A stretch of DNA of 64,000 nucleotides from Octopus vulgaris. Taxonomy: Eukaryota. Under the pieces are notes generated by a model. The model saw only the letters and a program-made list of their open reading frames with translations, was not told the origin of the DNA and did no database searches. Numbering within the stretch: position 1 is the first letter of the stretch; the number at the start of each line of letters is the position of its first letter. Location of the stretch: contig OX597815.1 of the NCBI GenBank assembly GCA_951406725.2, positions 17,236,001 to 17,300,000 on the forward strand. Reading direction: 5' to 3'. Shown here in pieces: positions 13,501 through 27,372 of this stretch. The translations under genes and the position numbers were made by a program.

Positions 13501-13849
13501 ATACATACATACATACATACATACATACATACATACACACACACACATACACACACATACACACACATACATACATACATACACACATACATACATACAT
13601 ACATATACATACATACATACATATACATACATACATACACACACACACATACACACACACACAGTATTGAAGCTTGAGAACAATCAGATACATTTGCAAC
13701 ACATCTGTTGAAAATATTATTGTTCACACACATACATATACATATATACATACATACAGACAGACAGATAGACACACACACACACACACACACACACATG
13801 ATCCAGCATGGCCACAACCTCAAGGCTGAAACATATAAAAGAATAACAG

Positions 13850-14220
13850 AATATAAATGTGTGCAAAGTACAAGAAATATTAATGCAGTATATGGGGATT
13901 GGACAATAAGCGTAAGGCAGTGTCAATGGTGGTTCCAGAAATCCCGAGCCATAAACTACAGCCTAGAAGACGAGCCTCATCCTGAAAGATCTGTAGAACT
14001 CGACAAGGACATCCTGAAAACCCTGGTGGAACAAAATATCATCGTAACTGTTGAGGAACTAGCAGAGAAGCTTGGATTTGGTCATTCAACCATTCATTGA
14101 CACCTGTGTGCTATCGGAAAAGTCAGCAAATTGGGTCAATGGGTTCCTCACGAACTTTCCGAGTCTAATTGCATGCAGAGAGTGAATGTATGCTTTTCTT
14201 TGCTGTCATATCTCACCACT
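13850..14220 (+). pseudogene. Mariner transposase N-terminal remnant
   Basis: RNINAVYG...RQCQWWFQK...SLEDEPHPER...ELAEKLG matches the mariner HTH region. After a stop it continues GKVSKLGQWVPHEL, the mariner WVPHEL motif. Confidence 0.88.
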
Positions 14221-14235
14221 ACTGCGCTATGTATA

Positions 14236-14867
14236 TCTATATATATAAAACTGTAGTTGTGTGAGTGTCTGTCCCCTTCGATTTAGATTCCTAACTACTC
14301 CCACATTTTGCGGTGCAGTTTAACCAAATTCGGGTATCTTATAGTCGTGATTCATATCGAGCCCGTCTGAATATTAGCGCGCGTCTACGATGAGTCTACG
14401 ATTTTAAAAATAATTTAACATCATTTTTTATTCCATTTTAATGCATAATTTTTCGTGTGTCGATGGCGGCGGAGTTGGCGTCCACGCTCACACCTGCACC
14501 TGTGGGGAAGGGAGTGTAAGGAAATCAACGTCGTAATGCGTTGTCAAGGAGACCAGTGTTCTTTTAGAACAACGACTTCATGGCTTGAAGACACCAAAAC
14601 AGAAATGGCTAAGAAAGCGTCTACATGAGTCTACGATTGAAAAAAAAATTTACCATCGTTTTTTTTCCATTTTAATGCATTCTTTCGCTATTATATAAGG
14701 GAAGTAACTCTCTAAAAATGTCTACGATGAGTCAACGATTTAAAAAAAAATTTACCATCATATTTTTTCCATTTTTAATGCATTTTTTGCTATTTTTTGG
14801 CTATAACTCTCTAAAAATGCTTAAATAGTTATTTCCCTTACAAACCCGAGCAACGCCGGGTACTGTA

Positions 14868-14868
<1 letters not shown>
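14236..14868 (+). mobile_element. Non-autonomous Helitron with internal triplication
   Basis: TC start and the same 3' hairpin. The unit TCTACGATGAGTCTACGATT...CCATTTTAATGCAT repeats at about 14385, 14620 and 14720. Homologous to 49799-50308. Confidence 0.85.
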
Positions 14869-15651
<783 letters not shown>

Positions 15652-15922
15652 AGTATATATTTCAAACCTTCATACGTATGATTTCTAACAATATTCTAAC
15701 AATTCCACTCTCATTTCGAGAACAGAACAGTCGTTTAAATAGCTCGCATTATATGATTGGTGTCTATTTCTATCGATCCTGAAATGATGAAGGATGGATT
15801 CTGAACTCAGATTGTTTGAAGACATGACGACGAATACAATGTGCACACGTAACGAAGTAAGGGTAGTATAACATTTATCACTTCATAAGCTTGAAACATA
15901 TCCTTCAAGACACAAAGGACTG

Positions 15923-16357
15923 GGATCTTTTCGGTTTGAACGGCAGTTTTTTCTAACGGTGTCATATGAAATTGTCACCCATAATTATGACCCTAGAATT
16001 GATCTATTGCATTTCAATCTCTTTTAGGGTTAGGGTTAGTTAGGGCTAATTAGGGTTAGGGGTGGGGGAAGGGTATATTTTTTCTACACAAATGTAAATA
16101 AACCCAATCTGTTTCTTAAACGAGGGACATATTCATACGGCACAGAATATTTTTTTACCTCAATGGACGTCACTGATTGGTTGAAATTGCAGAAATTGAA
16201 GAAAAAAAAAACAAATATCTTACAAACTATAGAATTTTCCCAATAAAGCCAAGAGAAGAAGATGTTTTATAAACACATTCTACCAGTATACGAAGTTTTA
16301 CATTTTTTAGTTACCTTGAAATTATGTTAAAAACTGCCGTTCAAACCGAAAAGATCC
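15923..16357 (+). mobile_element. MITE with GGATCTTTTCGGTTTGAACGGCAGTTTT TIRs, copy 1
   Basis: Perfect terminal inverted repeats and internal TTAGGG-like repeats. Two further copies occur in the window. Confidence 0.9.
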
Positions 16358-16891
16358 AGTTCAATTTTTAGCCTTAAGTCCGTTTATTCTAGGATATCTA
16401 ATTCCAATTAAATGTTGGCTCAATTTTCAAGCCTTCTAAGTTTTTAATGCAAATGGATAGTCATTAGTCAATGTCAGCATTGTTATTTTTATCTGACGGT
16501 GAACATAAGAAATATGTCTGGAATATTCTGCGATGAATCAATTGTAAAATGTAACCACAAATTTGTGACGTTTACTAGAATTATTTTCATGCCGATTATT
16601 ATTGCTTCATAATCTTTCTATTGCTAAGAACGATCAATGCCATTCATTATAAATGTAGCTACAATGCAGCATATATTTCGTTTAAATATATCGATATTTC
16701 ATATTTTCTGGAAGAAGCTGTCCGGCATCCTTGCTTTGGTCTTTTTTTTTTCCCCACAGATTCTAAAGAAAATGTATGTTGCGTTTATTTCAGTTATACC
16801 ATTTTTAAAAATTTCATTATTTGCTCTTCTATAGCGTTGATTATCTTTCTTTTCATCTGTCTTAATGGTGTTTGTAGTGGTATTATTAAAA

Positions 16892-17478
16892 GGCGGCGAG
16901 CTGGCAGAATCGTTAGCACGCCGGCCGAAATGCTAAGCGGTATTTCGTCTGCTGTTACGTTCTGAGTTCAAATTCCGCTGAGGTCGACTTTGCCTTTCAT
17001 CCTTTCGGGGTCGATTAAATAAGTACCAGTTACGCACTGGGGTCGATATAATCGACTTAATACCTATGTCTGTCCTTGTTTGTTTTCTCTCTGTGTTTAG
17101 CCCCTTGTGGGTAATAAAGAAATAGGTATTTCGTCTGCTGTTACGTTCAAATTCCGCTGAGGTCGACTTTGCCTTTCATCCTTTCGGGGTCGATTAAATA
17201 AGTACCAGTTACGCACTGGGGTCGATATAATCGACTTAATACCTATGTCTGTCCTTGTTTGTTCCCTCTGTGTTTAGCCCCTTGTGGGTAGTAAAGAAAT
17301 AGGTATTTCGTCTGCTGTTACGTTCAAATTCCGCTGAGGTCGACTTTGCCTGTCATCCTTTCGGGGTCGATTAAATAAGTACCAGTTACGCACTGGGGTC
17401 GATATAATCGACTTAATCCGTTTGTCCGTCTTTGTTTGTCATCTCTGTGTTTAGCCCCTTGTGGGTAGTAAAGAAATA
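16892..17478 (+). mobile_element. SINE family A, three-unit array with TSD GGTATTATTAA
   Basis: Head plus three units, with GGTATTATTAA on both flanks. Confidence 0.9.
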
Positions 17479-18966
17479 GGTATTATTAAGAGCAATCGTC
17501 GTAAGTCGTACTGATAGTAGTAAATACATTGAAATTGTAGCAATACGTGTAAGTGGGATGTTGTCACGTTCTCAGTCTCCCTGATCGAGAAGACGTGTGA
17601 TCAAAATCTTCCAGTCGTTATCATGGTGTTTCCCGAGGAATAAAGTATCTAGAATTGCATAATCGAGAGTGGCATTTCTGTTTCAAAAAATAGTGTGCGA
17701 TTTGAGAAAAAATGGCTGCTGTTTCTAGCAGACTGAACGTCAACATAGACACTTTCATCGGTTCGTTGATAGTGGTAGTAAAAGTAATAATGGCAGACAA
17801 TTATTTATCAAAACTGGAAAGCCAAGTAGGCATGATGCTGGATAACTTGCTGAGAGACAGGAAGGTTTGATGCCTTAGCATCTGAGCTAGACTATGTCTG
17901 TGGTTAAAACAGACAACTTTTCAGCTTGTCCAGTCTAGGTGGCTGTAAATAGGTGGTAGGTACCACAGTATAGTTAAATAAATATCAACGTCACTCCAAA
18001 CAGCAGCATTACGCATGTGTTTTGACACGTTTCGATTTTTTTGTAGCGGCAGAATGTCGACCCTTATTTCGACCCTTATGTCGCGTTCGTTCGGACGAAC
18101 CAGAAACAAGACGTCTCTGGTGTTAACTTTGCTATAAAACACGTGAAATCTATCTCCTCTTTCTTCTTCTCTTGGCAGCATTTACTCGACACCGGGGAGT
18201 CTCTCACTTTCTCTTTGTTTCTAACTTTAAATTGTGCCCGGTCTTATTTGCTATCAGTAAGTATGTACCTGAAACTGACTTTCCATATAACAACCATAGA
18301 TTATCAAATAGACTCGAAAGCAAGCATGAAAAACATCTATGCACGATGTCCATAGTAGATACATTGGCACAAATTAATATCAAGAATCTTCTGTTTGCCT
18401 TCTGTGCAATTATTATTGTTTATGACCCAGAAATATTCGCAGTTATTTATTCATTTTTGGTAATTAAGAGAATAAAAGAAAATTACATGCAACCGATTTT
18501 CATTGCAATATTTATGAACGGAGCCTCATAATTTCCTATATATTTATTTTGCGGAGTTTTCCATCTCGTCCCAACCATGCAACTGCGCAAACATAGTTAT
18601 GTGAGAAATGCTTCGTAGAATTGTTCGGTTTTCAAGGATTTCAGACTTACTTAGCTATGTTATTATATAGTAGTTAATAATGGGGAGGTCATTATGTATG
18701 AATAGAACGGAGAAAATATGATATACTTAGACACTGAGGGACATCTAGATAGTCAGAACCAAATGTCGGATGAATCCTCAATCTGAGAAGAAACATTTCT
18801 TTAAAAGTTGACTGGCCTGTGGCTGGTACAGAACGATAACTTTATTTGGGGCTTCTCTGCGGACCATACAGTTATTTAAGTATTTAATTGAAATAGTTGT
18901 ATAAAGTCAGCAGTTTTGTAATACACACAGACAAACATTCATATATATATATATATATATATATGT

Positions 18967-19292
18967 GAAGGCGCGTGGCTTAGTGGTTGGTTAGGGCATT
19001 CGACTGACGATTGTAAGGTCGTGAGTTCGATTCCCGGCGATGCGTCGTGTCCGTGGGGAAGACACTTTATTTCACGTTGCTCCAGTCCACTCAGCTGGCA
19101 AAAATGAGTTGTACCTGCATTTCAAAGGGCCGGCCTCGACACACTCTGTGTCACGCTGAATCTCCCTGAGAACTACGTTAGGGTTCAACGTGTGTATAGA
19201 TTGCTCAGCCACTTACACGTTAATTTCACGAGCAAGCTGTTGCGTTGATCGTATCAGCTGGGACCCTCATCGTCGTAACCGACGGAGTGCTC
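18967..19292 (+). mobile_element. SINE family B inserted in (TA)n
   Basis: Full-length homologue of 5481-5811. Confidence 0.88.
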
Positions 19293-19307
19293 CTATATAT
19301 ATGTATA

Positions 19308-19358
<51 letters not shown>

Positions 19359-20485
19359 TAAATTAGAGACAAAACCACTATTATGCAAATCAAACAATGA
19401 AAGACTTAAGCAAATACATAAGTTAATTTATATTATTTAGATAAGTTTGGATTTATTCCCTAATATTTATTATTATTATTATATATATATATATACAATT
19501 ATAAATTAGGGTATCTACGAGATACCACCATGCAGAAAATAGTAGCCATGATGTGACTCTAAAACCACCTTAATTTGTCAGATCATGACTACTATTTTCA
19601 GCATAGTGGTATCTCGTAGATATCCTAATTTATAATTTTAATAATTATTACCTTTAAAGGTTATTTTTTCCATGCTGACCACTTGATAGAATCGTTATTT
19701 TATTTTAAATTAACGATCAAGAGGTGAAAATGAGGGTAGCTATATCAAATTCCATTCTTCATCAAGTGCCACATATTAGAGGAGGCTCCTAGTAATAACA
19801 GTGTAGCGCAAAACGGCGGTGCATCAGCATAGACGGAGCTCTTAGCTGAAACTTTAAAAATAAAAATGTATATGTTTAAACTACAGGTGAGTACATAAAA
19901 CTCAGAGGGATAAAAATACCCAAGATTAGACTGGTTGAATATCTTACAATATAGGCACATACATATATATTATTAATATTTAAAAAACCAAACGAAATGA
20001 AGATAAGATTAATATAAGTTTATTAATACATTGACAAGACCAGAATTACGTTTGTTTCAATTCATCAACTGCGGTATAAAATCAACCATATTTAATTTAA
20101 CTAAATCAATTTAAGTTAATTACCACAAGTGAGAATATCTTCAGAGAAGTATGTACAGATAGATGTACAGAAAATACACTATTGTTATTTATAGTAATTT
20201 ATGACTATACCGTTTATTTTTTTTACAACTGTATCTACTTTTATTAAAGTATATACTTTAAACTTCAATGGTACACTGTATTGTTCCTTTTTAATGTTTT
20301 ACTTATGTTTTCAATATGATAAATATCTTTGTACATCCATCCCTAAAGATATTCTCACTTGCAGTAATAAACTAAATTGATTCAGTTGGATTAAGTGATG
20401 ACTAGAAACAGTTCTAGGTCTGGTCTTGTCAATGTAGTAATGAACGTTCATTAATCTCATATCCATCTTATCTCTTGATCCTTTA

Positions 20486-20538
<53 letters not shown>

Positions 20539-20542
<4 letters not shown>

Positions 20543-22395
20543 TAGATATGTTTCGACCAAAGATTGGTCCAGGCCATGTCTAACTTAATAGCACCACCTG
20601 ATAGGATTATTCGAATCCTGTTTAAGTCAAGTTTTGTTTAAGTCAAGTTTTGTTCAAGTAGTGAGTTCTTGTTGGGTGAGTTGTATCCAGTTTTGTTCAA
20701 GTAGTGAGTTCTTGTTGGGAGAGTTGTATCCAATTATGGGTGGCTTATCTGGTATTCTTTGAATGAATCTATCCAGACTCTGTTTAAAGTTGATGGGATC
20801 CTTTTCCTCTTTGATCTCCCTCGGGACAATGTTAAATAGGGCAGGGCCTGTTGAGGAAAAGAAATTATGTTGCAGTGTACATGTATGTTGTGATCTTGAA
20901 TTTGGCAGGGGACGTATAGCCCGTGGTCCAAGTCTTGGATGAACCTTGAAGCTAATGTTAAGGTCGTTTGGGCAAAGTTGGCGGTATATTTTCCACATCG
21001 TACAAATGATGTACCGCTCACGGCGACGCTGGAGGGAGTAAAGTTTCAAGGCTTTAAGGCGATCCCAATAATCGAGAGCAGCCATGCCTTCAATTTGTTT
21101 AGTGAGAGCCATCTGGGGTGACTCAATTCTGGAGATGTTTTGTCTTGTGTGAGGAGACCACAGTGGGCAGCAGTATTCAAGGTGTGACCGTACAAAGGAG
21201 GAAAGAAGTGGTATGATGACACCTTGTTCTCTGGACCGGAAAGTTCTTAAGATCCAGGAACTCATCCTACGAGCTATATCGACCTTCTTGTTGATGTGTG
21301 CACTCCAACTGAGATCGTCATCAACAATTACACCCAGGTCTCTGATATTGTTAGAGGCTGTGAGCGGTTCCCCTGAAGGAAGAGAGTATGGTTGTTTTAG
21401 TGAGGAATTTCTTCCAAAATGCATCAGCTCAAATTTTCCCTCATTCAGTTGCATTTTGTTTCTGTCTGCCCATTGACTCACAGCATATAGATCTGACTGG
21501 AGTTGAGTTCGGTCTGCTTCTTCATTGACGATTTGCCGGAGCTTAGTGTCATCAGCAAATATTTTCATTTTGCAGTAATGTACGACACTGGAAAGGTCGT
21601 TTACGTAAATTATGAAGAGTAGCGGACCCAAAACAGTTCCCTGGGGAACACTGCTGGTGACTTTTGCTGGGTTTGAGTGGACTCCATCAACTACAACATG
21701 TTGTGTTCTATTCACCAGGAAATACTTAATCCAGTGTAGAACTTTTCCACGGATTCCAACATTTGCCAATTTTGAGAGTAGGATGTTATGGTCTACCCTG
21801 TCGAACGCTTTACTGAAGTCAAGATATATGACGTCAGAGTTCGAACCTGTTCCCAAGGCTTTGAGTACATCTTCAATGTGGTGTAAGAGCTGTGTTAGAC
21901 AGTCCCTGCCACAGCGAAAGCCATACTGATTTGAATTTAGGAGTGTGTGGGTCTCCAGGAGGTCAGCTATCCTTGATCTTAACACTCTTTCAAACACTTT
22001 AATGATGTGGGAGGTGAGTGAGATTGGGCGATAGTTGACTGCGAGGGATCTGTTTCCCTGTTTGAAAACCGAGATGACCGACTGGGATAGAAACTGTTTC
22101 GGTATATAACCTGCGTCTAACGAATTTCTCCAGAGGTTGGTCAGAGGGACTGCAAGTTGATATCTACATTCCTTCAGGAGACTAGCGGGAAATCTATCAG
22201 GGCCTACAGCAGAGTAATGTTTGACCTCATTTATTGCTGCTACGATGTCAGTGGCAGTGAAGGTTATGTCTGAGATTTTGTGTTGGGAGTCAACTTCGTT
22301 CGTTTCCCCTCACGTCAATATCAGTGGGAACACTAAAGACAGAGCAGTATTGTTTCTGCAGTATTTCTGCCATTTCTTTAGCATCGTGTGGGGAT
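20539..22395 (-). mobile_element. 5'-truncated CR1/L2-group LINE inserted in (TA)n
   Basis: Contains the RT frame above and a short 3' UTR ending CATGGCCTGGACCAATCTTTGGTCGAAAC. (TA)-rich tracts lie on both sides and no endonuclease domain is present. Confidence 0.9.
20654..22310 (-). CDS. Reverse transcriptase (ORF2 C-terminal part) of a CR1/L2-group non-LTR retrotransposon
   Basis: ORF 20654..21997 has RT motifs QYGFR, YLDFSKAFDRVDH, VPQGTVLGPLLFIIYVND, FADDTKL, RDLGV and the C-terminal LYSLQRRRERY. Read by hand, the frame stays open upstream to about 22310 (AVGPDRFP...NYRPISLTSHIIKVFER), then frameshifts to EMAEILQKQYCSVF. Confidence 0.93.
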
Positions 22396-22462
22396 ATTTA
22401 TATATATGTAAATTTATATGTATCCATATATATATTTATATATATATAAATTTGCATACGAA

Positions 22463-22496
<34 letters not shown>

Positions 22497-22571
22497 CATA
22501 TATTTATGTATATATATACATATATATAAATATGCATATATAATCAAAGCAACAAGAATATCTTCGGTAAT

Positions 22572-22658
22572 TTTGTACGATCGTTTCACGCTACATCATT
22601 TTATTAATAATTGTAAGTAATACATCAGTTTTAAAATGTTGAGCAATCATCAGCCATT
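22572..22658 (-). ncRNA. Degenerate hammerhead-like motif
   Basis: The minus strand reads CUGAUGA, a long AU-rich stem II, then GAAACGAUCGUA. Stem I is poor. Confidence 0.45.
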
Positions 22659-23792
22659 CATAGAGGTTTTCCATCAATACATATACTTATTTCCATGTTA
22701 ATTGATAGCATTATAAAGAGGGTAGATATACAGACAGAACAGACAGAGATGTTGATTTGAATGTTAAGAACATTAAGATGTTAGAATTTATCTTCTGACT
22801 GCAGATTTTCTTTTAGTTATTTTGATCAGTTAGTGAGGGGGGAGGGATATTCGGTTGAATGGAGACAAAAGAGTTTTTCTATTTATAGAAAAAGGAAGGG
22901 GTAAAATGAATGTCAAAAGTTATTCCTAATGAAGTTAAAGTGGTAGGGGGATTATAGACTAATATTGTCTTAGAGGTTGTTTACTACTATTTAGCAATCT
23001 GATTTTGTATCAAGAAAACTAGGCCAATACTAAATGGTTACTATAACAATCTGTATACTACATGGTTACAGAAAATACAGAGATTCTTTCACACTTATAC
23101 AAACATATACATATATGCATCCGCATTAATATATACGATCATACTTGGTTAGTAAGTAGTGATTATTTTAATAAGTTGGATTAAAAGAGAATGTTAGATC
23201 TAATATTTACTAAGTTTGGAGAAGAAACCTATTATTTATTCAGTATATAAATTATGAGTAGGCATCATATTCAATAACCCTGGACAAAAGTCTTATTAAT
23301 TAAGTGTATATTTTAGGAGTTAATAATATATATTAGAAAATATGGAAGAGGAGTAATCAAGATGAGTAATTTTCTTAATATTTATAAACGTATAAGCACG
23401 AGGCGATTAAACTACGTGCCCCTTGTTTATACATCCTAACTTTTTCAAATTTTGTGGTTATAGAACCTAGCTGTTCTTTCTAGCGTGTTGAATCCCATGA
23501 GTGGATTCCTCATGTGTTTAAATGTACACTGTATCTTATGATTAATACATAGTCCTTTGGAATAAATTTTTACACGTTAGACAACTGGAAATGTAAATTT
23601 TAATTAATTTCTATTTCCCTTTCATATGATTAAATATTGTAAGTTTTTGGATAATTTTCGGTTTTTAAAAGTTGGCATTTTTTTTATTGCTGGCGAAGGG
23701 CTGTGGCTGCGCAGTAGATTTCAAAGAGTTAGGATGTATAAACAAGGGACACGTAGTTTGATCGCCTCGTGTTGATACGTTTAACCCTAGGT

Positions 23793-23882
23793 GTTCCTGC
23801 TGAAGACGATTTCACCTGGCGAGTGTATATGTTATTCATTTACTTGCTAAACTAAAATCAGAAACCAATTGGTCCAAGAAAC
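23793..23882 (+). ncRNA. Hammerhead-like motif in a Penelope-type repeat
   Basis: CUGAAGA, a long stem II (GAUUU/AAAUC and an inner hairpin), then GAAACCAAUUGGUC with palindrome ACCAAUUGGU. It has a 10.1/11.1 mismatch and an imperfect stem I. Confidence 0.55.
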
Positions 23883-24019
23883 TAGATGGTAAAATGTTTT
23901 TTATTTTTTATTTCGGTCCTGTCGAATTTTATCCCTAAATTTGTGGTTATAGAACCTAGCTGTTCTTTCTAGCGTGGTGAATCCCACGAGTGGATTCCTC
24001 ATGTGTTTATAAGTATATA

Positions 24020-24386
24020 TAACCACATGGTCCTGGGTTCAGTACCACTGCGTGGCACCTTGGGCAAGTGTCTTCTACTATAGCCCCAGGCCGACCAATG
24101 CCTTGTGAGTGGATTTGGTAGACGGAAACTGAAAGAAGCGTGTCGTATATATGTGTGTATATATGTATGTTTGTGTGTCTGTGTTTGTCCCCCTAGCATT
24201 GCTTGACAACCGATGCTGGTGTGTTTACCTCCCCGTTACTTAGCGGTTCGGCAAAAGAGACCGATAGAATAAGTACTGGGCTTACAAAGGAATAAGTCCC
24301 GGGGTCGATTTGCTCGATTAAAGGCGGTGCTTTAGCATGGCCACAGTCAAATGACTGAAACAAGTAAAAGAGTAAAGAGTAAAGAG
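24020..24386 (+). mobile_element. SINE family D
   Basis: Homologous to the 35046 copy and followed by (GATA)n. Confidence 0.88.
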
Positions 24387-24397
24387 TATATAGATAG

Positions 24398-24484
<87 letters not shown>

Positions 24485-24685
24485 TAGTGGCTAGCACAAT
24501 GATAGATCGCAAGCCACTACACATTCTTTATTTTCTCTCCTTGTTTATTTCTGTGTTCCTTTATGTTGAAGAGCGTAGGCTCGAAACGTTAAAGACTTTT
24601 TCACTTCCCAAGCGTTATACTAATACATCTGTTTGTTGTCTACACCACCTGTCTTCGTTTTTTGTCTTTTTGTGTATTCTCCCTA

Positions 24686-24737
<52 letters not shown>

Positions 24738-25187
24738 AGGTATGACTTCCAAACAATGGAACTACATTACATGAAAAAATTCTCTCCAAAATTGAATATT
24801 TGTAAGATTAGTGGAGACTACATTTTGTATTCTAAATATAACTCAAATATCGGAACACATAATGCTTATCTCTGTAAATATTCAGATGTATATGTGTGGC
24901 ATTGAGATGTCCTGAGCTTGGCATATTTTTCTAGTTTGTGTTATTCTAATGTTCTCTATTGCATAAACAAGACATTGAAAGGGGCATGATCGAACTTACA
25001 CAGTATAAACATGGACATGTACCCAAACACACACACACACACGCACACATGCACACACACACATGCTCATACACACGCACACACGCACTTCTTCAAGGGA
25101 TTCTCTTCAAAACTGAATATTTGTGGCTCATCTCTACAAATGTTCAAGTGTATATTTGTGTAGCATTGGGAGGTTCTAGCTTTACAC

Positions 25188-25363
<176 letters not shown>

Positions 25364-25514
25364 TTATTATATAGAAGGAGCTTCTACAGGACTAGAACTG
25401 TTTCATTCAGAAGATTTCTCTTGAATGAAACAGTAAGCTCCTATATAATAAATAATTTTATCTGCTATGTATTGAACCTTACTTACTGTGGTTAACCCGA
25501 ATCAACCCGGGACC

Positions 25515-25596
<82 letters not shown>

Positions 25597-25991
25597 TACA
25601 TTTTTAATTTGCAAATATTATATTAATTTTTTTTCATGCAGAACTACATTTTATCAAAAGTCTCTCCCAAATTGAATGTTTGGAAGAAAAATGGAGATAG
25701 TACATTTTGTGTTCTAAATATAATTCAGAGAGGAGAAAAAGAAAGAGGAAAAAAAAAGGAAAGAAGAGAAAAATAAAAAAAAGGGGGCAAGGGAGAAAGG
25801 AAGCAAAAAGACTTTCAGTGATGACCACATCACACCTGTATTATTCTTTCTTGAAGAGATCACCATTCTTAAACCCATTCCTCTACAATGTTAAATGACT
25901 AAATAAATGAATAAATAAATGGTGAATAGGAAGGGGGATACCCTTCTCTCTCTCTCCCCCCTATCCATCCATCCACCTATCTATCTATCTA

Positions 25992-26061
<70 letters not shown>

Positions 26062-26062
<1 letters not shown>

Positions 26063-26804
26063 GCACGCACTCGTGCAGTGTCCAACAATTTCCGACCTGT
26101 GGGCTTGTGTCGAACAACTGCTGTCACGTGTGGGACGAGTCGGTTTATCAGCTGAGTCTATCGTTAATATTGTCACGCCTCCCTCCTTCAAACGGGAAGG
26201 AAGAGCTATTTTCATCATACTTGTAGCTATGGCGAAAGAATGTATCTGGTGGACGCGTCTGAAAGGATTGGAGACAAACACTTTCCTCTCTGGTCAATCT
26301 CTCATCAACTTCTTCAAGTACCACTTGAAAAGGAAAGTGAGAGTAGAGAGGCAAGTTTTGTCTAGCGAATGTTTTAAAAAAAGATGGGTGAATGTAGCAA
26401 GAATGGCACGTATGAATGACGAAGCCACCTTGACTATGATTCTATGAACCATAAAAATTAATACAGAGAGTTGCTTATTTGCAAAAAAAAAAACATGTGA
26501 CTTCATTGACCGAGGTTACCGTGGTCTTTTCCGTAGGCTTTTCTTTCCACGGGTAAACCTCACCTGTCCTCCCCTTTACACTTCATATTGACATTCCTGT
26601 GATAACGATCCCTATTGATCAATTTTTTCCTCTCCCCCATTTTTTTTAACCCCCCCTTTTTTGTCCTCTTTCTCTCCTTTTACGATCCCTTTTGATCGAA
26701 ACTCCCCCTCTCCTTTTTTTTTCTTGTTTTAACCCTCAAAAGAAAAGCTCTACCTTGTAATTTGTTCTATCTGTGTGCAGCCCTGTGTGGCTAATAAAGA
26801 AACA
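26062..26804 (+). mobile_element. 3' fragment of an L1/Tx1-type LINE (end of ORF2 plus 3' UTR) embedded in (TATC)n
   Basis: HALVQCPTISDLW...AKECIWWTR...FKKRW fits the Hx4C...W zinc-knuckle end and downstream motifs of L1/Tx1 ORF2. The stop is at 26447 and a pyrimidine-rich 3' UTR follows. (TATC)n lies on both flanks. Confidence 0.75.
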
Positions 26805-26836
<32 letters not shown>

Positions 26837-27118
26837 AGCCTATCTGCCTACCTATATTTCCATCGATCTGTCTTTATTGACATGGAGCCTCACCCCACAA
26901 AACAAGAACACTGTTCTTTTCTTCTACCCCCCCCCCCAAAAATATCTGTTTTATTTAAATGAACAAGCTTTGCACATTCACAAAATTTTATTTGACAATT
27001 TCGAGAAACGAGCGAAAGTGCTAATAATAATGAAAAAATAAAAAGACTTTCTTCCAAAATTCTGACTTTTTTCTCAATGTATACATACACATACACACAC
27101 ACACATATATATACATAC

Positions 27119-27190
<72 letters not shown>

Positions 27191-27372
27191 ACACAACACA
27201 CATATATATATACATACATATTTTCATTTATTTATTTATTTATTTTATTTAGTTTCAGCTCACAAGATGTGGCCATGTATATTTATACACATGTATATAT
27301 ATACACATTTATATATTTGTATAACAGATAAATAAATGGAGTTAAACGCAGGTGTTATTCAAATCTTTATAC

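Larger units (their letters stand above)
22540..24010. mobile_element. Decayed Penelope-like element(s) with direct and inverted terminal-type repeats
   Basis: Inverted pair 23386-23450 / 23718-23782, direct pair 23447-23520 / 23937-24010, and two hammerhead-like motifs. No intact ORF. Confidence 0.5.

Noticed and set aside
16024-16062. Interstitial telomere
   Set aside because: Only a few TTAGGG units, and they are an internal part of a multi-copy MITE.
20654-21997. Retron, group II intron or DGR reverse transcriptase
   Set aside because: The motifs, C-terminus, 5' truncation and 3' tail match a non-LTR retrotransposon.
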